DNA from: an uncultured Verrucomicrobiota bacterium
GTDB taxonomy: Bacteria > Verrucomicrobiota > Kiritimatiellia > RFP12 > UBA3636
Direction: 5' to 3'
DNA length: 64,000 nt
NCBI GenBank assembly: GCA_946624575.1
Contig: CAMOSH010000001.1
Coordinates: 7,778 to 71,777, forward strand
Shown here: in pieces, positions 56,899-64,000 of the stretch
How the letters are laid out: each line of letters opens with the position of its first letter
Position numbering within the stretch: position 1 is the first letter of the stretch
Program-made: the position numbers and the translations under genes
The notes under the pieces: generated by a model
What the model was told of the DNA's origin: nothing
The model's input: only the letters and a program-made list of their open reading frames with translations
Database searches by the model: none

Positions 56899-57261
56899 CT
56901 ACTTCGCCGGCCTGTATTTCGCCAGCTGCGGCTGGGCCTCCAGAAGCCACGCCCAGTCGCGATCGTCGAGGGCTTTCCACATTCCGGCCTTCCAGTATTC
57001 GTCCGTGCGGAGATCGACGAATTCGGGGCGCTCGCGCAGGAGTTCCACCCAGTCGTAGGTCGTGACTTCGGACCAGTCGCACTTGTCGGCGAGCTGGGGG
57101 AGTTTTGTCAGAATCCGCACCCAGTCCTCGCCGTTGATGCGCTTCCAGCTCAAGTCGTAGTTCCGTTCGGCCTCTTCGTAGTTCTCCAGAATCAGGTCGG
57201 CGATGTCGGCCGATGCGAGATGCGACGTGTCGAGTTTGCTGTTGCAGTTTTCCGTGTTCAT
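56899..57261 (-). CDS. hypothetical protein with three W-x-x-LL repeats
   Basis: MNTENCNS...EDWVRILTKLPQLADKCDW / YDWVELLRERPEFVDLRTDEYW / DRDWAWLLEAQPQLAKY. AAGGAAAA SD upstream of the ATG at 57261. The longer track ORF (to 57456) is an upstream in-frame extension. Confidence 0.35.
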   Translation of the reverse strand: MNTENCNSKLDTSHLASADIADLILENYEEAERNYDLSWKRINGEDWVRILTKLPQLADKCDWSEVTTYDWVELLRERPEFVDLRTDEYWKAGMWKALDDRDWAWLLEAQPQLAKYRPAK

Positions 57262-57464
57262 GTGGCGTTGTTTTCCTTGGGGTGTGGTTGGCAAATGCCC
57301 AGAAGGGACCGGGACGATCCCGTGGAACGTGATTTCCATTATCGCCAACTCCCGTTGAAAGATCAAGGTTAAAACGGGAAAAACTCGGTGAACCGGAAAA
57401 TTTTTTTTGTGCTGCCGCGCTTTTCCGGGACCGCGCCGTCGCACTTCGCCCCGCATGGGATGGC

Positions 57465-58075
57465 CAAGTCAAGGTCATCACGGGTTTGAGGCGATGCGGG
57501 AAATCGTATCTGCTCCGCAAACTCTTTTTCGACCACCTCCTTGCGTCCGGCGCAACACCAGAAGACATTCTTGTCATCGATCTCGATCGCGACGACATGG
57601 CGGACTTGCGCCATCCGCTTCGCCTTGGATCCCATGTCCGTGAATGGATTGGAAAAACGACTGCGCGGCGGCATCTGTTCGTTGACGAAATCCAGCGGTG
57701 CGAATCCGTGCCGAACCCGGCCATTCCCGAAGGAGCGCCGATAACGTTATCTGCAACGAGTAGCTTGCGAGAGGACAATCCGTGGACGTCGGCGTTGTTC
57801 CCGGGCGCGAGACCGACGTCAAGGGCAATTCCATCCACGTCAACCGAGAAATCGATTTTGTTGTGAACAAACCCGGAACACGCGTGTACATCCAGTCCGC
57901 ATGGGCGATGCCCGATGATGACAAGCGGGAGCGCGAACTCGCTCCGTTTTCCAAGACCGGCGACTCCTTCCGCAAGATTGTCGTTCGGGGCGATGTCGGA
58001 CGTGGCTGGCAGGATGACCGAGGAAGCCTTCATGTAGGCCTGGCGGAGTTTCTGCTCGACGAAACGCTTGTCTGA
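57465..58075 (+). pseudogene. frameshifted and internally deleted AAA-family ATPase (AAA_14 + DUF4143 type) remnant
   Basis: Frame 0: KVITGLRRCGKSYLLRKLF...DILVIDLD...RHLFVDEIQRCE (P-loop and Walker B). Frame +2 from about 57782: NSIHVNREIDFVVNKPGTRVYIQSAW...FRKIVVRGD (DUF4143 C-terminus). Only about 200 of the expected 400 codons remain. Confidence 0.5.
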
Positions 58076-58227
58076 TTCGTGGACATCACGCTCTGCAGCG
58101 GAAACGACAAGCACTTCCGCGGCATCGAAGGAATCCGCGCGCAAGTGTTCCGGCCGGAGTAGCGTTGCCATTGTCAACGCCTCCCGCTTCCGTTCGCGGC
58201 CTCCACAGTGGCGTCTGCCGCCAGAGG

Positions 58228-58465
58228 CCGGACGGGGTGCGACCTGTTGTCGTTTCATCCTTTCGCCCTGTTGCCGAGCGGGCCGGACCTCGGGGGCAAG
58301 CCACCCCCGGTCGCGGTCGGTCGACGAAAGGACAACAGGACATCAGGACGAAAGGTCGTGCCCCGTTCGCCGAAGGTTCCGGGGGCGCGACCGATCAAGT
58401 CTCCCCGTTTGCCAAAGGCATCAGGGGCGCGACCTGTTGTCCTTTCGTCCTTTCGTCCTGTTGTC
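58228..58465. repeat. iteron-like array of 8-bp motifs (CTGTTGTC / CTTTCGTC) in direct and inverted blocks
   Basis: Block 1 (58233-58273) gcgacc TGTTGTC gTTTCaTC CTTTCGcC CTGTTGcC gagc. Inverted block (58316-58350) GACGAAAG GACAACAG GACATCAG GACGAAAG. Block 3 (58421-58462) gcgacc TGTTGTC CTTTCGTC CTTTCGTC CTGTTGTC gagc. GGGGCGCGACC repeated at 58377 and 58416. Block 3 overlaps the last about 20 codons of the McrC-like ORF. Confidence 0.45.
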
Positions 58466-60050
58466 GAGCACACTCCAAAATTGGATCAAGCCGGGTGGAT
58501 TTGGATGGATCCAGCGGACGCCCTTCGGCATAGGCCCTGAACAAGGCCATTCCATCGACTTGTACTGCGAGGATGTTTTCCGACAGGCAATTCGTGTATT
58601 CCTGCGAAATATTTTCGCGAATCCAGCTGAACAAGGGAACGGTGATCGTGGCGAAATTGCTGACGGGCTTCCCCTCGGCAACCTGTTCGTCACCCTTGTT
58701 GGGAAAGACGAAGGCGTTGCAGACCTTAAGATTGTTATCCTTGCAAAGGTCCGCGAATGCCAGCTGATAGAGAAACTGCTTGTCGATGTCGCCGACGCCC
58801 GGGCAGTTGCTGATCGTCTTTCCGCCGGTTCCAAACTCCGGAAGATAATACTTCGCGTCGAGGATTACGAGCCTAGTTTTGGCGGTGTCAACGGCAATAA
58901 AGTCAGGCCGAAGCCGTGAACCCGAAGCGCCGTCTTCCCCTTCACTTTGTTCGGCATCGGCTTGTTGGCCGTGTTTCGTCCATTTGGGCGGCTCGATGAA
59001 ATCTTTGAGCGCTTTGCCATTCCCCTCGTTACAGCGCAGGCCTAGATCGCCCGGCTTCTTGTCCATTTGGTCCCCGAACACGTCCTTGACGGCACGTTCC
59101 CACAGCTGCGCGACACCGTTCATTCCGAAGGAGAGGGACTGGTTGTCGGCGGCCTTGTTCTCGGCGGTCTCCCGGATCAGGTCCTTCATCAGCGAAAGGG
59201 TGTGGCGCGATTTCGTGACGAACTGGACCTTCAGTTCCTTGTCGATCTGGGCGATCTGGTAGTCGGGCTCGCCGAACCAGTCGAGTTCCTCCTCGCTCAG
59301 GAGCGGCACGTTCACCCGCAGGACGGACGAAAGTCCCAGTTCCTCCAGCTTGCGTCCCCACATGGTGACGAGGCACTGGTGGAGACGCGTGATGTAGTGG
59401 TCCTCGTCCGACCAGGCGAGCTCGGTGGCGTAGTCCATGTAGACGGGACGTGCCTTTCCGTCCTTCTTCAGGAACACGGGCTGGTATTGGTCGATGGTCG
59501 TCTCCCAGTCGATCTCGCCCTGGCCGTTGTGCTCCAGCTCCCGCCGTTGGACTGTGTAGACGCCGTTCTCGAGGTAGTCGCGCAGGAGGCGCACGGCGAG
59601 TTCAAGCAGACTTTCCTTTTGCTCTTCCGTTTCCTCGGTCTGGTCATCGATCTGGCTCCGGTTTCCGGGGTAGCGGTCGATGGCCTGGAGAACGACATCC
59701 CGGACGGACGGATCTTGCAGCTGGCTCCTGGAAACGAACTTCGGCATGAAGAAGAAGGTCAGGTTTCTTCCCGTTCCCTCCTCGCCGTTGTCGACATAAT
59801 CGTAGAGCCCGACGAACCGGAACGAATACCCGTCGTTCGTCTTTTTGACGACGGTCGTCTCGTCCTTGTCGGCAAGACCGTTGTCCATCGACTTCTTCAG
59901 GCGGGCAAGGAAATCATCGTCTAGCCAGTCAAGATTCGTTTCGCCGGACTCCGCCTCCGACGACTCCCCCATCGAAGCCGAAACGTCCTTCCGGAACGTC
60001 TCGACGCCATAGGATGTTTCTTCGCGGAGGTAGACGAGACGAATGCTCAT
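58395..60050 (-). CDS. McrC-like / LlaJI-type restriction endonuclease subunit (PD-(D/E)xK)
   Basis: PDFIAVD...RLVILDAKYY resembles the McrC PD...D-x-K nuclease motif ((I/V)xDxKYK). 4-bp overlap with the upstream McrB-like gene. Confidence 0.6.
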   Translation of the reverse strand: MSIRLVYLREETSYGVETFRKDVSASMGESSEAESGETNLDWLDDDFLARLKKSMDNGLADKDETTVVKKTNDGYSFRFVGLYDYVDNGEEGTGRNLTFFFMPKFVSRSQLQDPSVRDVVLQAIDRYPGNRSQIDDQTEETEEQKESLLELAVRLLRDYLENGVYTVQRRELEHNGQGEIDWETTIDQYQPVFLKKDGKARPVYMDYATELAWSDEDHYITRLHQCLVTMWGRKLEELGLSSVLRVNVPLLSEEELDWFGEPDYQIAQIDKELKVQFVTKSRHTLSLMKDLIRETAENKAADNQSLSFGMNGVAQLWERAVKDVFGDQMDKKPGDLGLRCNEGNGKALKDFIEPPKWTKHGQQADAEQSEGEDGASGSRLRPDFIAVDTAKTRLVILDAKYYLPEFGTGGKTISNCPGVGDIDKQFLYQLAFADLCKDNNLKVCNAFVFPNKGDEQVAEGKPVSNFATITVPLFSWIRENISQEYTNCLSENILAVQVDGMALFRAYAEGRPLDPSKSTRLDPILECARQQDERTKGQQVAPLMPLANGET

Positions 60051-61750
60051 GCGTGTTCGCCGGTTTTGTTCCAGGGGGCCTTCCAGTTTTCATCGTCCTT
60101 ATCGGTAACATTTTTGAAGACATCTTTGGCCCCAGGCCACGTGTCCACAATATCCGAGTAGGTTTTGATTTTGTCTCCGAAAAGCTTTTTGCGGCACATT
60201 CGGCCGGCGTCTTCCCAAAGGTACATAAGAACCTTCGACTTGAACTGGTCCGCGGATACGGATTTGTTGTTCTCCGGCTTTACGAACCACGGCCCCATCA
60301 ACTTATCCTCGTTGACTCCATTGTCTGAAAGTTGCTTATTGACAAATCTACGAATCTGGTCCCAATAGTAGCCCGAATCGCCAACAACCCACTCGCTGGG
60401 AGCACCTTTGTCACCTTGTTTGTTATACCCCTCGTCAATTCCGACATACTTGAACTCCCACCGGCGCTTGAAGGCGGTGTCCATCGGGAAAACGCCCTGG
60501 TCGGCGCTGTTCATCGTCGCCCAGATGTACATGTTGGAGGGAATGCGAAGGCGGCATTCCTTCCAGATGTTATTCCCGTTTTCGTCTTTGCCCGGAACAA
60601 CCTTCAGAAACTTGCGTGCCGACTCGCATTTCGCAAGTTCTTCCTTGAGATATCGTTTGATGTCTTCAGAAGCCGCCACATCGTACTCGCTAGCGGCACC
60701 GTCTCCAAAGAACGGCTTGATTGATTCGTCGTCACCGTCACTCCACTTGCCTCCGCGATCCAGCAGCTGGAACACGTCGCCGAAGACCGCTGCCGCGTTG
60801 GCGCGGTTGATCTCCTCGATGACGAGACAGTGGTTGTGGGCGTGATCTTTTAGCGCATCCACCAGCACACGGAGGAACGGACCGGGGACGAATTGGTAGG
60901 CAATTTCTTCCGATTTCTTGCCGTCCGTATCCGTTGTTTCTTTCATCACCGGCTTGTAGCAACCGACGAACTGGGCGTAGGAATACGTAGGATAGAACGT
61001 CACGCGCTCGTAGCGGCGTTTGACAACTTTTTCATTGTCGATGTCGACAAAATATCCGAATATCTCATTGCCGTCAACATCCTTTTTGGATGCCTTCCCC
61101 GCATTGTCCACTTTTCCTTCGACAGCTTCTTTGAGCTTATGGCTCTTCCCCGTCCCTGGTGCGCCAAAGTAGATGAGGTTGCGGGAGAGCGGCTTGTCGT
61201 TTTGGTCAGCTGGGTGGCTGGCTGGAACTAGTGGAGAACCAGCCTGTGCGTCATGGCTGCTGTCAGAGTCAAAGACTTGTCCATGATACTTGGCGGTTGC
61301 ATCTACAACTGTGCTGACTTTGGTAACAAGTTCTTTGAAAAAGCTACGCCATGCAGTTGCATCTTTAGGCGAAGCGACAATTTGCTCATATGCTTTTTGA
61401 GGGGCCTCACATCCATCCCGATAAAACCATAGTGTTCTTGGTTTCGCGTTTTTCTTTTCAGCAGTTTTAATGTTTTTTCCAAGTTGGTCTTCATTGAGCA
61501 TAAATCCGGGAGACTCAATTTGTAGTTCCTTTAATCTGTTCAAAATGTCTTCTGGATCATTCCCCTGCACACTAAGACCAAACCCAGGTTTGCTAGGCTT
61601 AGTGTAACCGTATACAAAGATGATTGTCACATTACCAATATCACACAATGCGCAGTCGTAAACATTCCCGTTTGGTTGTGACCATGACTTGGGTTCCGTG
61701 ACAAATTGCCGTGCAATTTCTGCTTTCTGTTCGTTACTCAGGGGGTTCAT
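60047..61750 (-). CDS. McrB-like GTPase (AAA+ AAA_5) restriction-system subunit with N-terminal DNA-binding domain
   Basis: Walker A NLIYFGAPGTGKSH. McrB signature CLVIEEINRANAAAVFGDVFQLLDR. The 5' third is strongly AT-rich. Confidence 0.75.
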   Translation of the reverse strand: MNPLSNEQKAEIARQFVTEPKSWSQPNGNVYDCALCDIGNVTIIFVYGYTKPSKPGFGLSVQGNDPEDILNRLKELQIESPGFMLNEDQLGKNIKTAEKKNAKPRTLWFYRDGCEAPQKAYEQIVASPKDATAWRSFFKELVTKVSTVVDATAKYHGQVFDSDSSHDAQAGSPLVPASHPADQNDKPLSRNLIYFGAPGTGKSHKLKEAVEGKVDNAGKASKKDVDGNEIFGYFVDIDNEKVVKRRYERVTFYPTYSYAQFVGCYKPVMKETTDTDGKKSEEIAYQFVPGPFLRVLVDALKDHAHNHCLVIEEINRANAAAVFGDVFQLLDRGGKWSDGDDESIKPFFGDGAASEYDVAASEDIKRYLKEELAKCESARKFLKVVPGKDENGNNIWKECRLRIPSNMYIWATMNSADQGVFPMDTAFKRRWEFKYVGIDEGYNKQGDKGAPSEWVVGDSGYYWDQIRRFVNKQLSDNGVNEDKLMGPWFVKPENNKSVSADQFKSKVLMYLWEDAGRMCRKKLFGDKIKTYSDIVDTWPGAKDVFKNVTDKDDENWKAPWNKTGEHA

Positions 61751-61834
61751 AGCATTAGTTCCTTACTGTTTTTCTCTCCGCTCCTTAGCGGCTGGAGGGG
61801 TTGGTTGTTGAAAATGAAGTGGGCTGGATTCGTT

Positions 61835-62092
61835 CTACCGCTCGTGCCGTCGGGTTGGCGAGTACTGGCACCCGGCGCCGGTGGAGGTGGAGCCGCACCA
61901 GATGCACTTGCCGCCGCCGTGCCCGTGGCGGTGGAGGCGGTTCGGCCCGTACTGGCAGCCGTGGCCGTAGGACGAGCTGCCGCACCATTCGCAGTGCTTC
62001 TCGTCGTCGATGTGCTCGTGGAGGTGGTCGGGTCCGTACTGGCAGCCGTGGCCGTAGGACGTGCTGTTGCAGTGCCTGCATTTCGTGCTCAT
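61835..62092 (-). CDS. small Cys/His-rich protein with three tandem CxxC-(8)-GxGC-QYGP-x-x-(L/R)H repeats
   Basis: 85 aa: CRHCNSTSYGHGCQYGPDHLHEH / CEWCGSSSYGHGCQYGPNRLHRH / CIWCGSTSTGAGCQYSPTRRHE. GGAGAA SD 7 nt upstream of the ATG. GC-rich like recD. The DNA repeats are near-identical. Confidence 0.45.
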   Translation of the reverse strand: MSTKCRHCNSTSYGHGCQYGPDHLHEHIDDEKHCEWCGSSSYGHGCQYGPNRLHRHGHGGGKCIWCGSTSTGAGCQYSPTRRHER

Positions 62093-62149
62093 AGTCGGTT
62101 CTCCGCGTGTCCTTCGTGAATTCAGTATGCAAGAATATCCCGGTGGCAG

Positions 62150-63796
62150 TCAAGAATCGTTTCGTGCCGCCAGTCCCGAAACGCGCTCGATGGCGTGTTG
62201 CGCGCAGTGGCGGATCGCATCTTCGGATCCCCAGATGGCGACGGTCTTCTTCGTCCGCGTGATCGCGGTGTAGAGGATCTCGCGTGTGAGGAGCTTGAAG
62301 GAATCGGACTCCTCCTTGCGTTCCTCCGGCTTGCCGGTGTTGGGCGGAAGCACAATCGCCACGTCGTCGAATTCCGACCCCTGCGCCTTGTGAACGGTCG
62401 ATGCAAACGCGAGTTCCGTATCCGGCAGCAGCTCCAGCCTGATCTTTCTGCCCCCAGGGAGATGCAGCGTCTTCGGGTCGTCCGGCATGACCACGCCGAC
62501 GTCGCCGTTGTCAACCCCCAGCGTCCGGTCGTTCTTCGTGATCATCAACGGAACCGGACACTTCTTATCCAGCAGCTTCTTGATCCATCTGGCGAGTTGC
62601 TCCGAACCAAAGGGGCCGTGGCGCAGGGCGCAAAGCACACGGAAGTCGTTCAGGTGCGCGAGGGCGAACTCGACGGAATCCTTTGGCTCGCCCTCCTTGC
62701 CTTCCGGCTTATAAGCGGGACTTCCGGCGAAAGCCGCGAAGCCGGCCCGAACCTTGTCCGCGAAGCCTGGCCACTTCGCAGGATCAAAGACCGCGTCCCT
62801 GGACAGGCCGGCAAGGTCGACGTAGGAGACGAGATCGGACTTGCCTTTCAGGATGGCCATCGCCTCGTCGGCCTTCTCGTCGGTGCCGGCGTTGACGGCG
62901 GCGGCTAGCTTTGCGATGTCGCCGTCTGGCGGGAATCGGCGACTCTCCACGAGGCGCGAGACCGCGACGCCCGGGAAGCGGCAGAGATCATGGAAGACGC
63001 ACCCACGCTCAACGGAGGCGAGCTGGTCGGCATCGCCGGCGAGGGTGAGACGGCAGGAGGCCGGAATGGCGTCGACAAGCTTCGCCATGAGCGGCAGGTC
63101 GATCATGCTCGCCTCGTCGATGACGAGCCAGTCGAAGGCGAGCGGATTGTCGCGGTTGTGCTTGAAGGTCACTAAATCGTAGTTCGATTCCAGCAGCTTG
63201 TGGATGGTCGTGGCCTTCGGAATGGCGAAACCCATGTCCTTTGGCATGGACTCCATCATGCGGGCGGCGGCCTTGGCGGTGGGTGCGGCAAGTCCCAGCC
63301 GGAAGTCCGGCCGGCCGTCGTGGATGAACTTGACGGCGCGGGATATCGTAAACGTCTTGCCGGTGCCGGGGCCGCCGGTGAGAATGGAGAAACGCGAGTT
63401 GCACATCGCGATCACGGCATCCCTTTGTTCGGAGCGGAGGCCGGCGTAGAACAGGTCGTTTGGAAGTTCCGTGACGGAATCGTCCATTTTCGTCTGAATG
63501 CTGCGCACTATCCAATCCCGGACCCGCCGTTCATAGACCCAGTTGCGCCGCGTGTAGAGGTGGCCGTCGGCAACGACGAACGGCGTACGGACTGTGTCGG
63601 GGGATGTGCCTTCCACCACGAAGGAAACGACATCGGGAAAGCCCTTGAGCAGCTCTCGCTGCTCTTCGTCGATTTCGCGGCAGACGTCGCCCTCCTCGAG
63701 GGCGCCAACCGTCGCGGCGCACAGCTCCGCCACGTTCACGGCCTTGTCGCCGCCGCCGATCATGCGGAAAACGAAATCGAAAACAGTGTCTTTCAT
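62150..63796 (-). CDS. recD: RecD-like helicase (exodeoxyribonuclease V alpha subunit family)
   Basis: Walker A LTGGPGTGKTFT, motif II WLVIDEASMIDLPLMAKL, LAGDADQL, and C-terminal SF1B motifs (STVHKAQGSEFDDVAIVLP). Confidence 0.75.
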   Translation of the reverse strand: MKDTVFDFVFRMIGGGDKAVNVAELCAATVGALEEGDVCREIDEEQRELLKGFPDVVSFVVEGTSPDTVRTPFVVADGHLYTRRNWVYERRVRDWIVRSIQTKMDDSVTELPNDLFYAGLRSEQRDAVIAMCNSRFSILTGGPGTGKTFTISRAVKFIHDGRPDFRLGLAAPTAKAAARMMESMPKDMGFAIPKATTIHKLLESNYDLVTFKHNRDNPLAFDWLVIDEASMIDLPLMAKLVDAIPASCRLTLAGDADQLASVERGCVFHDLCRFPGVAVSRLVESRRFPPDGDIAKLAAAVNAGTDEKADEAMAILKGKSDLVSYVDLAGLSRDAVFDPAKWPGFADKVRAGFAAFAGSPAYKPEGKEGEPKDSVEFALAHLNDFRVLCALRHGPFGSEQLARWIKKLLDKKCPVPLMITKNDRTLGVDNGDVGVVMPDDPKTLHLPGGRKIRLELLPDTELAFASTVHKAQGSEFDDVAIVLPPNTGKPEERKEESDSFKLLTREILYTAITRTKKTVAIWGSEDAIRHCAQHAIERVSGLAARNDS

Positions 63797-63800
63797 GTCC

Positions 63801-63998
63801 TCAGTCCTTCAGTCCAAGTGCGTCGCAAAGGCGGTTGAGCAGATTCTCCACGGGGCGGTCCTCAAAGACGGGGGCCACCCCTTTCGCAGCGATTCCGCGT
63901 AGGAAGTAGTACCGGATGCCGCCGAAGTTTCTTTCCCAGGAGTAGGCCGGCCCAAGCGTTTCCTTGAGGAATCGGTGGAGAACGGCCGAGTAGAGCAA
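63801..63998 (-). CDS. 3' end of upstream ORF (continues beyond window), possibly recB by synteny
   Basis: ORF ending ...LCDALGLKD* 4 bp before the recD ATG (AAGGACTGAGGACATG). No domain can be called from 65 aa. Confidence 0.25.
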   Translation of the reverse strand: MLYSAVLHRFLKETLGPAYSWERNFGGIRYYFLRGIAAKGVAPVFEDRPVENLLNRLCDALGLKD

Positions 63999-64000
63999 GT

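Overview
GC-rich bacterial chromosomal segment with about 50 genes and no rRNA, tRNA or CRISPR array. The translation and repair genes, polysaccharide export genes and many fused or extended ORFs give it a PVC-superphylum-like flavour, but the taxon is not assignable from sequence alone. Layout, left to right: (1) a + strand glycan-degradation cluster (BNR/Asp-box lipoprotein, SGNH hydrolase, metallophosphoesterase, TIM-barrel sugar isomerase, GH95-like hydrolase). (2) A standalone fusA with a recognisable promoter and terminator. (3) A - strand operon of isomerase, PRTase and mutL. (4) A long purL carrying an acidic disordered insertion. (5) A + strand exopolysaccharide export/assembly cluster (Wzc/GumC-like, Wza-like, Wzy/O-antigen-ligase-like, GT8-like, nitroreductase-like) preceded by 34-bp direct repeats. 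(6) Two unusual in-frame fusions on the - strand: TilS-NadD, and DUF523 fused to a DppB-like permease. (7) leuD-like, xseB, an MtaD-like deaminase, an EF-hand protein, CinA-C/PncC, GH2-like, a standalone IMP-cyclohydrolase domain with a 9-10 bp tandem repeat upstream, and an SSS symporter. (8) Tandem GreA paralogs, one with a giant N-terminal extension. (9) An ECF sigma/anti-sigma operon with an orphan OadG-like gene. (10) infC, a metal ABC transporter, a MATE transporter and pheS. (11) A visibly AT-richer ~7 kb defense island: a GmrSD-like type IV enzyme, a W-repeat protein, a frameshifted AAA/DUF4143 pseudogene, an iteron-like 8-mer repeat array, and McrC/McrB-like genes. This island is followed by a GC-rich triple zinc-knuckle-like small ORF and recD. 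The most novel-looking candidates are the defense island with its neighbouring Cys/His triple-repeat mini-protein, the tandem Gre factors, and the two fusions.
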